This document shows, piece by piece, positions 48,131 to 56,735 of a stretch of DNA of 64,000 nucleotides; position 1 is the stretch's first letter, and each line of letters starts with the position of its first letter. The DNA is from Candidatus Woesearchaeota archaeon (GTDB lineage Archaea > Nanobdellota > Nanobdellia > Woesearchaeales > JAGLGH01): assembly GCA_030670545.1 (NCBI GenBank), contig DAOVBM010000001.1, positions 17,932 to 81,931 of the forward strand, in the 5' to 3' direction. The notes below the pieces were generated by a model, which was not told the origin of the DNA, did no database searches, and saw only the letters and a list, made by a program, of their open reading frames with translations. Both the position numbers and the translations under genes were made by a program.

Positions 48131-48973
48131 TTATCCCCTTGGGAATCTAGGCATTCTTCTATTTGGCAAAAACCATTTATACAAATAACGATAAGAATAT
48201 GTTATTTGTCTTTCTATAACACTATCTGTAAATCTATTTCCTGTAGGGATATGAACATCTTGATTTCTCCAGTTTCTTGCAATTTGTAAGCCAGCAATAA
48301 CATAATATTCGAAATATTTCTTTTCAACTCTTTGTGGCTTAATTTTGGGCAGAATATCAATAAAATTTCCTAATGTATGTGTATCAGTTTGAATATATCT
48401 TCTTTTAAATGTTCCTAATCTTATTGGAGTTTTAGGATTACGTAACTGATCTTTTCTATTTTGGTCATAATCAAATTTATTGATTAAATAACCCTTTTTT
48501 AAAAAAATCCCTTTTAGCAAAAATTCAAATCCCAATCCAAGATACACTCGATTCAGATAGTTTCTATCAAAAAAACTCACAAAATCAAAAGGACCATGAT
48601 ATAACCCGAAAAAATACTCTGCTTTTTCAACAAATTGAATCCAATCATTCTTTTTATATTTATAATATACTTGTTTTGTTTTTTTATTAAACTTTACCAA
48701 ATCAAATGTAGCATTTGGGATCTCATCTTTTATTTTTCTTCTAATTTTATTATCTATCTTGCTTCGTCGCATATTTATAAGACGCAGGATCTCATAATAA
48801 TAGTATAATGATGTTGTATTCTCAATAGAATTAATATAACCATTAACAATTGATCTATGATTTGCTGGCTTAGCACACTCTATATGCAAAACATCTATAA
48901 GCTGTCTAATTTCTATAGGAGTAAGTATATTTCTTATTTTTTTACAAATCATAATACCCATAGTTATGCTCAA
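48131..48973 (-). CDS. Hypothetical protein (280 aa) in the AT-rich insert.
   Basis: Continuous ORF. It has an RNWRNQDVH segment, which is only a weak HEPN-like Rx4H match. Confidence 0.45.
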   Translation of the reverse strand: MSITMGIMICKKIRNILTPIEIRQLIDVLHIECAKPANHRSIVNGYINSIENTTSLYYYYEILRLINMRRSKIDNKIRRKIKDEIPNATFDLVKFNKKTKQVYYKYKKNDWIQFVEKAEYFFGLYHGPFDFVSFFDRNYLNRVYLGLGFEFLLKGIFLKKGYLINKFDYDQNRKDQLRNPKTPIRLGTFKRRYIQTDTHTLGNFIDILPKIKPQRVEKKYFEYYVIAGLQIARNWRNQDVHIPTGNRFTDSVIERQITYSYRYLYKWFLPNRRMPRFPRG

Positions 48974-49070
48974 TTATATAAATTAATTGTAAATTATTCA
49001 AAAAACTTATGCTATCACGCTTAATAATCACATTTAAATATTTTTAGATAATCTCATCTATTCAAAAACT

Positions 49071-49937
49071 TCATTTAATTAATTCTTTAATCTCCTTATA
49101 GCTTTTTTCATATTTTTCCTTTCTTTTTCGAGATTTCTCATTTATATAAGCACAAATGTAATAAGAATGGATGATTGTTCCAATCTTAAGATTCTTCAAA
49201 AAATTATCATGAACATAAATTTTATTATTTGAATTTTTATACAATCCTGATTCAAAAAAAGCTAATATTAGATATGGAGGAATAATAAAATAATCTGGGA
49301 TAGATAATATAAAACATTGTTTTAATTCATCATATTTTTCCAGTTGTTTATTAGAGATGTTATCATTTATCCATTTTAATCCGCGATTAATATCAAATAT
49401 AGCCTCCAAAATTGGCTTTAAAATTAAATCTTTATAATAAGATGATCGCTCAAACTCTTCCAGAGTTATAATTGAATTGTTATTAGAAATAATTTCTTTT
49501 AATAATTTACAAATGGTCTCCATGTCTCTTTTTACTCTATAAAAATTCATTTCCTTACCTTTTTTTGTAAGAATTGCATATCCTAATATTTTATTATTTT
49601 CTCCTCTTTCCCTACTTGTTAAATCATTTAATTTATCAAAATTTTCTTTTGATAGGTTATTTAGTTTTAAAAAAGTGTTTTTATCGATTGTTTCTTCCTT
49701 GATAAATATTCTTAATTTCTCTTTCTCACAGAAATTAAATTCTTGACATAATCTTTTGTCTAAATAAGTATCACTATGAGAATCAATAACTTTTTTAGTA
49801 TTTATATCTCTCATTGCATGATATACTGGAACAAAACCACCCACTAATCTTTCAGGTATTTTATCCGCTTTATAATCTCGGATTTTATCATAATTTAAGA
49901 GGGTTTTGAGTATCTTCCAATCTTTTTTTGACGTCAT
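49071..49937 (-). CDS. Hypothetical protein (288 aa) in the AT-rich insert.
   Basis: Continuous ORF. Confidence 0.45.
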   Translation of the reverse strand: MTSKKDWKILKTLLNYDKIRDYKADKIPERLVGGFVPVYHAMRDINTKKVIDSHSDTYLDKRLCQEFNFCEKEKLRIFIKEETIDKNTFLKLNNLSKENFDKLNDLTSRERGENNKILGYAILTKKGKEMNFYRVKRDMETICKLLKEIISNNNSIITLEEFERSSYYKDLILKPILEAIFDINRGLKWINDNISNKQLEKYDELKQCFILSIPDYFIIPPYLILAFFESGLYKNSNNKIYVHDNFLKNLKIGTIIHSYYICAYINEKSRKRKEKYEKSYKEIKELIK

Positions 49938-50273
49938 TGTTCTTCTTTAAATTTTAATTTAAAGTAATATTTAAACTTTCCGAGATTGTGAGGTTACTAT
50001 GTCTTGATATGACAAATAAATCCCAAAATTTTGCCATTCAATTTTTATATAGATTTTTGTTAAATCTTACTATGATTCAACGGAATTTAATAAACAACGG
50101 ATTCAGCCTTATGGTTTGATTGATAAGATATTGGATCCTGAAAAATGAGTAAGGGAATCATTATCTAATAATTTAAAGCAATCAGGAGGTGAAAAAAATG
50201 AATAATGATGAAGAATTAAAAGATAAACTTGAAAAAATGCCAAACATTGTTTTTGTTACATTAAACCTTGATT

Positions 50274-50492
50274 TTAATCTTTTTTCTCATCCTTTTTTTG
50301 ACTTAATTTTTTATTTAATTCTTTTAGTTCTTTCATTTTTTCTTTATGTCTTCTATCAGCTTCAAACATTATTATTAATACAACCCAGATAATAAAACCA
50401 ATTAATCCTAGTGTTGATGTTAAAATAAATAAACCCAAAAAAGCAATAGCTACAGTAATAAATTGTCCAAGTGTTTCAGTTAAATCTACCAT
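50274..50492 (-). CDS. Possible small 2-TM membrane protein. It conflicts with a Shine-Dalgarno-led plus-strand ORF at 50198..50392.
   Basis: Both frames are hydrophobic in AT-rich DNA, so this is ambiguous. Confidence 0.25.
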   Translation of the reverse strand: MVDLTETLGQFITVAIAFLGLFILTSTLGLIGFIIWVVLIIMFEADRRHKEKMKELKELNKKLSQKKDEKKD

Positions 50493-50555
50493 TTTTTCTT
50501 TCCATTTAATCTATACAATATAATTAATTAATTTTTTCTTCATAATGACTTATAA

Positions 50556-50939
50556 TCATCTACTAAATTCTTCAAATCCTTCATCAGTCTCTACTTGAAC
50601 TGAATATATCATATTTTGATTAACTGCAAATTTATTACAAGTTACTGCATTCACAGTAATAGATTCACTAGGTTTTAAAACATCTGTCTCCCAACAAGAA
50701 TAATAATCATTAACAGTAATATTTACATTATGCCAATCATAATCATTTCTATTTATAACACGAATAATAGTACCCATTGAGCTAAGTTCACCAATCTCTA
50801 CTTCTAATTGTGCTCTCTTTACAGGCTGGCTTTTAGAATCACTATTGTCTATTGTATAACTTGTTTCTCCACAGCCATAAAGAACCAATAGACTTAATAT
50901 ACATATTCCAAATATCAGTTTTTTGTCCATAATTATCAC
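50556..50939 (-). CDS. Secreted/lipoprotein-like small protein with a signal peptide and a Cys (LVLYGCG).
   Basis: N-terminal hydrophobic segment followed by Cys. Confidence 0.45.
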   Translation of the reverse strand: MIIMDKKLIFGICILSLLVLYGCGETSYTIDNSDSKSQPVKRAQLEVEIGELSSMGTIIRVINRNDYDWHNVNITVNDYYSCWETDVLKPSESITVNAVTCNKFAVNQNMIYSVQVETDEGFEEFSR

Positions 50940-51026
50940 CTATTACTTCAATCCTTTTTATAGATTGGGGTATCTTCCACAATATAGTGGAATACTAATA
51001 TATAAATCTTTCCACAATATAGTGGT

Positions 51027-51245
51027 ATGCCTAAGAGAACACATCAAGAAATTAGAAAAACGATATTAAAAGCACTAATTGATGGAAAAGAATGTACTTA
51101 TGGATCTTTGGAGAGAAAAGTAAACACAAATTGGCAAACCATAAGAAAACATTGCAAAGATTTACTGCTCTTTGATGCAGTTACTATTTCTAATGATAAA
51201 ATCAAAATAACAAAAGAAGGCAGAGAACTTCTGAAAAAGCTTTAA
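51027..51245 (+). CDS. Small winged-helix DNA-binding protein.
   Basis: 72 aa; helix-turn-helix-like segment ECTYGSLERKVNTNWQTIRKHCKDL. Confidence 0.45.
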   Translation: MPKRTHQEIRKTILKALIDGKECTYGSLERKVNTNWQTIRKHCKDLLLFDAVTISNDKIKITKEGRELLKKL

Positions 51246-51304
51246 TTTTGGAATAATATATTTAAAGAAGTAAACATTATATAAAAATATAGGAGGTACA
51301 TTAA

Positions 51305-51478
51305 AATGAATGATGATGAATTATTGAACGAAACAGCAAGAGCATTGTATAATTCAAATAAACAATCTGGGCACAGGAAGATTCCTTCTTTAAAGGGTAT
51401 TTCTGAGAAGGAATCAATCAAAGAGATTAAAAAAATGCTGATAAAACTAAAGGAAAGGTGGGAAAAGAAAGATAGTTA
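51305..51478 (+). CDS. Small ORF (57 aa) with a strong Shine-Dalgarno (aggaggt), absent from the ORF track.
   Basis: Its N-terminus MNDDELL and its upstream region are paralogous to 50183-50222. Confidence 0.35.
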
Positions 51479-51624
51479 AGTTTTTCTAAAGTCTTAATTA
51501 ATCCAGAAATGTCTTAGTTTTGTAATTTCTACTTGGTTTGTTCTTCAATTATCTCTAAGTCTGTGGGATTGTCAAGACTCCAATGCTTTGCCTTTTTATT
51601 GTACTGCACTACAACAGAATGAGT

Positions 51625-51701
51625 TTATGACCGTGAACTGAAGTAATATTTTCCAGTTATGACACCGAATGATATGCCTATGATGATGGCAAGGATTATC
51701 T
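51625..51701 (-). pseudogene. Truncated N-terminal remnant of a TctA-like gene (MFTQIILAIIIGISFGVITGKYYFSSRS*).
   Basis: 80% nucleotide identity to the TctA 5' end at 47781-47840. Confidence 0.65.
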
Positions 51702-51760
51702 GAGTGAACATGTATTATGTGATTTGGAGTGGGTTTATATGTTTGTGGGGGTTAGATTCG
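51662..51760. repeat. Right copy of the ~100-bp direct repeat.
   Basis: See 47781-47880. Confidence 0.75.
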
Positions 51761-51785
51761 GAAGATTTACAAGAAGTTGTTTTTG

Positions 51786-52370
51786 TTAATCCAGCATGCT
51801 TATTCCGTCCCTCTTAATCTCAGTGGTTAGTTTATTTTTGTTATTGAAAGATTTTTCAGTGAAATAATGTACTTGTATCTCTTTTCTGAACTTTTGTTCC
51901 AGCTTTTTTACAAATCTGGTAATCTCTATTTCTGACCTAATTTCCTTTTCAAAGATTACTGCCAAATCAATATCAGATCTTATAGAAGCAGTTCCTTTAG
52001 CCCATGAGCCAAATAATATTACTTTCCTGACATCCGTTGTATATAATAATTGTCTTATAAATTCGGAAACTATTATTTTCACATCATAATCCAAGAATCT
52101 AGTATTTTTTTTTTCACTTTCCCATAATTCTCTTATCAATTTTGTGTAATTATTATCCATATTAATATAATAGAACTCTTTTTTTCCTTTTTTTTCCAGA
52201 AATATTATGCCTGCTTTAACAAGCCTTGATAAACCTTTGCTCAAAGGGGCATTGCCCAGTTTTGTAAATTCAAAAAGTTCTTTTCTGCTAACTAATTTTC
52301 GTGGAGTTTCAAATAATAATGAAAGAATTCTCAACGATGATTTATAACCCAGTATAGGTTCAATCAGCAT
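51786..52370 (-). CDS. Minimal nucleotidyltransferase (MNT) with an N-terminal winged helix (ILFGSWAKGTASIRSDIDLAV).
   Basis: GSxAxG...SDIDL motif. Confidence 0.65.
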   Translation of the reverse strand: MLIEPILGYKSSLRILSLLFETPRKLVSRKELFEFTKLGNAPLSKGLSRLVKAGIIFLEKKGKKEFYYINMDNNYTKLIRELWESEKKNTRFLDYDVKIIVSEFIRQLLYTTDVRKVILFGSWAKGTASIRSDIDLAVIFEKEIRSEIEITRFVKKLEQKFRKEIQVHYFTEKSFNNKNKLTTEIKRDGISMLD

Positions 52371-52969
52371 TTTAATCTCTCCATTATTAATGTATATGGT
52401 TTTACAACAGCATTGATAAAAATTCTTGCTTCATTAAGCCTGTCATCAGCCTTAGGCAAATTTCGATCAGAAGAATAATAAGTATATCTTTTTCTCTTAT
52501 CAGCACTTTGCTTTAGCATTACAGGCAGAGTTTCTTCAGAATTTTTCTTTAAGACAGTAAAAGAATTAAACTCTTTTTTTGCTTCTTCCAATAAGTTCAA
52601 TATTTTCTTTTTTAATCTCTTGTCTTTTACAAATTCATCAAGGACTATTAAACAATTAGTATGCACGCCAATATCTTTCTCGCTTATTTTCAGATTAAAG
52701 TACTTTGCAAGATTCCATAGAGTAACATTCAAGACTGCATAATAGCCCGCAATTACTGCGTATTTAGAGTTACCTAATTCCAAAAAAGTTTCAGAGCTTC
52801 CTAAATCAATCTTATAATTATCCAGATGGAAAGAAACGTACTTTTCTTTTTCAACCTTTTCCAGCTTTTTAATAAGCTGCCTTTGCAACAATTCTTGGTA
52901 TGTTACCATTTTTGGTTCATTTTTATACTGATAATGGTATACTTGTATATAAATATTTCGATTATACAC
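52364..52969 (-). CDS. HEPN-domain protein (GYYAVLNVTLWNLAKYFNLKISEKDIGVHTNCL), forming a HEPN/MNT pair.
   Basis: Motif resemblance, plus a 7-nt overlap with the MNT gene. Confidence 0.5.
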   Translation of the reverse strand: MYNRNIYIQVYHYQYKNEPKMVTYQELLQRQLIKKLEKVEKEKYVSFHLDNYKIDLGSSETFLELGNSKYAVIAGYYAVLNVTLWNLAKYFNLKISEKDIGVHTNCLIVLDEFVKDKRLKKKILNLLEEAKKEFNSFTVLKKNSEETLPVMLKQSADKRKRYTYYSSDRNLPKADDRLNEARIFINAVVKPYTLIMERLKC

Positions 52970-53176
52970 TATTTTTGGTTTATACTTGGTTGAAAAGTAA
53001 TTTAGAGGGATTCTTATTTTCCACTGCTACTATCTCACTCTAATTGCATCATATGCGTTGCTTATACTTATTTCTTCAATCTCTCTGGCTGCCATCAATC
53101 CCCTGAATTTAAGATTATTTATATACTTATATGAGAAAAAACCAGAGATATTGCGATAACACCCAACTACAGAACT

Positions 53177-54007
53177 TTATGACTGGTAAAACTCGTAACA
53201 GAATCCGCACTTGCCATATCCAGCAATTAAATCTTCTACATCCCTCTCTTTCCATCCGTCATGGACTGCCAGGCTTTCAAGTCCTTCATTGTTCATTATC
53301 ATTAATCTTTCATCCTTTTTTGCTTGTCTGACAATCTCAACAAGAGGTTTTTCTATGACATTCCCCGGCAACTCAAAAAAACTGAAACAGCAGAGATAGA
53401 CCTTTCCATCTTCCCTTATTGAAATGTCATATCTATCCAGACTATTTTCACAGTAATCATAGTCTATATAACAATTTTTTAAATTCCTGCCTTTTGCCCT
53501 TCCTATAGGCATAACAGAACGATTTGATGCGCCTCTTAGTGAGACCGAAAGTAATCCACTTTCTTCAGCTTTCTTTTTTAATAGGTTCAGATTCTTTCTC
53601 TTAATCCCCCACTCTCTATGATATTTGTCATTTGAAGTTATGTCCAGGGCTTTGACATCCAGATCAACCAAATCATTCAATGTAGATTTTATTTTTTTAT
53701 AATTCTCTGCCCAGGATGCGTTAGTCTGTAATATTACCTCTATTCTTCCTTGTCTTTTAGATAATCTTTCAATATTCCTGGATTTAATATACTCCAGATA
53801 GCTGAAAAGAGTATCTTTTATAGTAAACACTTCTCCTCCAGTCAGAGTCAATTCAAGAGAAACTTTTGGAAGGTGATCAATCACACTTTTAAATCCATCT
53901 GCGCTGATTGTCGTATCCAGATTGTCAGGTCCTGCTTCAAGATAGCAATGCCTGCATCTGAGATCACAATTTTTGGTTATTACAAAGTAAATGTCAGGTT
54001 TTTCCAT
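53177..54007 (-). CDS. Radical SAM-domain protein (CDLRCRHC Cx3Cx2C) with additional C-terminal Cys residues.
   Basis: Canonical cluster motif; family not assigned. Confidence 0.65.
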   Translation of the reverse strand: MEKPDIYFVITKNCDLRCRHCYLEAGPDNLDTTISADGFKSVIDHLPKVSLELTLTGGEVFTIKDTLFSYLEYIKSRNIERLSKRQGRIEVILQTNASWAENYKKIKSTLNDLVDLDVKALDITSNDKYHREWGIKRKNLNLLKKKAEESGLLSVSLRGASNRSVMPIGRAKGRNLKNCYIDYDYCENSLDRYDISIREDGKVYLCCFSFFELPGNVIEKPLVEIVRQAKKDERLMIMNNEGLESLAVHDGWKERDVEDLIAGYGKCGFCYEFYQS

Positions 54008-54128
54008 TTTTGATAGGCTAAAAAATAAATTATCTTAATAAGAATATTATTAGATTTATAAATGTTGAGTCATATAATCCCCTAGAGTAGTCTATAATTC
54101 ATCCAGCTCAATTCTGAACGTAGTGCGT

Positions 54129-54944
54129 TCACTTTAACCTTGGTTTATTCTTATTCTCAACTTTCTTAATACTATCGGTTGGAGGCAGATTTTCAGGCAT
54201 AGTCCCACCTAACTCCTTTATTGTCTGCCTTATTTTTTTGCCAACCGCGAAATGAGTTTTATTAGCTTTATCTTTCCCTTTTATTTTTTCACGCCTTAAT
54301 TTTTCTTCGGTTTGTGTTGCTCTAAACAGATTTGCTGCAAGCTCAGTAGTTCCCATGTGGTCAAGTATTCTTTGGCTTTTCTTTAGCTCTTTTTTAGCTT
54401 GAATCTCCTTACTTCCTAATCCCCCATAAAGCCCTTTGTAGCCATGATTTTGAAAAATAGAATATTCTCTTGGGCTTACAACTCCTGCTTTTTTTGCAGA
54501 TTCTGCTAGTTTCTTATTATGGGTTCGCATCTCATTTCTTAAGAACAATCTTTTTTCTTCTTCTGATTTAAATTTTAAATACTTGTTCTGTTCTAGGATT
54601 TCCTGTTTTCTGGTTTGTACTGCAAAATAAGTCTGTCCAAGAGCTACAATCTCCTTGGAAGGATCTGCATTCTGGACAATCAAATAACATGCATAACGAG
54701 ACAAAGCATAATCCTCTATCTCCCTTTTTGCTCCAGAGCCTAACTCAACCTTTTTGGCTAGGTGGACAAAATGGTCTACAACATCTTGATTTGAGTTAAA
54801 GCAGGATTTTTGGGCCTTCTTAATAACATTCTCAAACTTTCGCCATTCAGCATAATCTAATGCTTTCTGTAAATCTCTTGCAGACCAGAAATAATTGCCA
54901 AACTCATTGACTTGCTTGATATTTTCAAAGATTAATTGATTCAT
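54129..54944 (-). CDS. DinD-like protein (DNA-damage-inducible protein D family; Bro-N-like N-terminus, SRYACYLIVQNADPSK).
   Basis: Recalled similarity to DinD N-terminal region. Confidence 0.5.
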   Translation of the reverse strand: MNQLIFENIKQVNEFGNYFWSARDLQKALDYAEWRKFENVIKKAQKSCFNSNQDVVDHFVHLAKKVELGSGAKREIEDYALSRYACYLIVQNADPSKEIVALGQTYFAVQTRKQEILEQNKYLKFKSEEEKRLFLRNEMRTHNKKLAESAKKAGVVSPREYSIFQNHGYKGLYGGLGSKEIQAKKELKKSQRILDHMGTTELAANLFRATQTEEKLRREKIKGKDKANKTHFAVGKKIRQTIKELGGTMPENLPPTDSIKKVENKNKPRLK

Positions 54945-55096
54945 TTTATATTCTCTGTTTTATGCTATTAGTAATATTTGGATGTATACTTAACATGTTA
55001 TTGTGGTAGCATTTATATGTTTATCGTCTTTAAAATCGGAAAATCTCCGAAAGACTTGAACTTGCTCTAAATGTTTCAATTACAAATTAATAAACA

Positions 55097-55423
55097 TCAT
55101 CCAATAACCCTGATCCTCAATGCAATAACATCATCATCAGAAACAGTTCCTATTATCTCAACCTTGTCTCCTACATCAATACTGACATTATCAAAAGCTA
55201 TCACATTTACTGTCTGTGGTTCAGACACTGAAATGAATGTTATGTTCTCATTTGAATGCAGCCCATCAACAACACCAATAAGCTTTATCTTATCATCCTC
55301 TGGGATGTCATATATCCTGCCAATATCAATATGTTCATAATCAAGATACTCTGAAATAAAAAATAATGCCAATATTCCAATAATTGCAGTAATAAACGAC
55401 AATTTCAGCAGCTTTTCTTCCAT
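55097..55423 (-). CDS. Membrane-anchored small protein with a beta-rich, possibly OB-like domain.
   Basis: N-terminal TM helix. Confidence 0.35.
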   Translation of the reverse strand: MEEKLLKLSFITAIIGILALFFISEYLDYEHIDIGRIYDIPEDDKIKLIGVVDGLHSNENITFISVSEPQTVNVIAFDNVSIDVGDKVEIIGTVSDDDVIALRIRVIG

Positions 55424-55523
55424 AAATCCCAGGAATGCAGTAGTTTTAATAAAGCCTATCCTCTTTTTTTCGAAATCTTTTTAAACATCCTGCAAATTCT
55501 TTGTATTATGGAGATGATATAAT

Positions 55524-55778
55524 ATGGAAGAGAAATATCCAACACCTATAGAAACCCTGCATAAGCTTAAAGGAAGTGAAGTGGTAGTAGAACTCAGGAA
55601 CAAGGAAAAAGTAAGCGGAAAGCTTGTCGCTTTTGACCTTTATATTAATATCACGCTTGATACTGACAAGGGCACAAGATTTCTGCAGGGAACTTCTGTC
55701 AATATAATATACAGGAAAGATGCCAGCAAAGAAGAGATATCCCACTTGCCACAGGACACTCCTGCACAAACCTTATAA
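55524..55778 (+). CDS. Sm-like archaeal protein (LSm).
   Basis: Sm1/Sm2 pattern (VVVELRNKEKVSGKLVAFDLYINITLD...VNIIYR). Confidence 0.7.
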   Translation: MEEKYPTPIETLHKLKGSEVVVELRNKEKVSGKLVAFDLYINITLDTDKGTRFLQGTSVNIIYRKDASKEEISHLPQDTPAQTL

Positions 55779-55801
55779 ATGTCAATATCTTCTAAAATCA
55801 C

Positions 55802-56617
55802 ATGGCAAGGAAATATGAATCACCTTCTTCAATAAATACCTATAAGCAGTGCCCAAGAAAGTATTATTATTCTTATATCGCAAAATACCCTATTATTCCA
55901 AACATACATCTTATAAGAGGGAACGTTGCGCACAGCGCTCTTGAGCATTTCTATGACATAAGCGATGAAGACATTGAGAAGATGACTACCAATGATTATG
56001 AGATTGTCTTGAGGACAAGGATAAAAAGGCTTTTGAAATCATTCTGGTTCAGTAATATAAAAAAGTTCAGGAAGCTTGATATATCCAATGACCAGCATCT
56101 TTTCTATTTCAAGGAAACGCAGGAAATGATGCAGAACTGGATGAATATATTTCTGGAGAAGCTTAGGAATAAGATAGAAGAGACAGGAAATCTTATGGCT
56201 GCCTTTAAATCATTGGTACCTCAGAGGGAAAAGGGGTTTGTATCAGAAGCATTTAAGGTTAGGGGCTTTATTGATGTCATTGAGGAGATAGACGATAAGA
56301 TAAGGCTAATGGACTATAAGACAAGCAAAAGCCCTCATATAAACGAAGCATACAAGCTACAGCTGGCAATATACTCGCTTCTTTATTATGAACAGCACGC
56401 TAAGTTGCCTGATGAAGTAGGAATATATTTCATTAAGCACAATGAGCAGAGCTTTTCAGCAGATGAACAGCTGTTGGAGTTTGCTAAACAGGAATGCAAA
56501 TTGATGCAGGAGAATACAAAGACAGATGATCTCAATGATTATCCTAAAAAAAAGGGCCCTTTGTGCAAATATTCAACAGGTCAGTGCGATTTCTATGATT
56601 TGTGTATGGATAAATAA
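55802..56617 (+). CDS. Cas4/RecB-like PD-(D/E)xK nuclease with a four-Cys cluster (N-terminal CPRK, C-terminal CKYSTGQCDFYDLC).
   Basis: Cys arrangement and the D...E.K motif IDVIEE...MDYKTSK. Confidence 0.6.
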   Translation: MARKYESPSSINTYKQCPRKYYYSYIAKYPIIPNIHLIRGNVAHSALEHFYDISDEDIEKMTTNDYEIVLRTRIKRLLKSFWFSNIKKFRKLDISNDQHLFYFKETQEMMQNWMNIFLEKLRNKIEETGNLMAAFKSLVPQREKGFVSEAFKVRGFIDVIEEIDDKIRLMDYKTSKSPHINEAYKLQLAIYSLLYYEQHAKLPDEVGIYFIKHNEQSFSADEQLLEFAKQECKLMQENTKTDDLNDYPKKKGPLCKYSTGQCDFYDLCMDK

Positions 56618-56735
56618 TTCTCATATCTAATAAGATTACTTCCTCCCTAAATTCATAACATTTATTAATTAGGACAATATTTAAAATTCATTGAATCATA
56701 TATATTTATATAGTTAAATCTACGGGGGGATAATA

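Noticed and set aside
50189-50392. A plus-strand 67-aa ORF overlapping the minus-strand 72-aa ORF.
   Set aside because: I could not decide between them. The plus ORF has the better Shine-Dalgarno and a paralogous leader, while the minus ORF has a cleaner TM helix. Both are reported at low confidence rather than asserting either.
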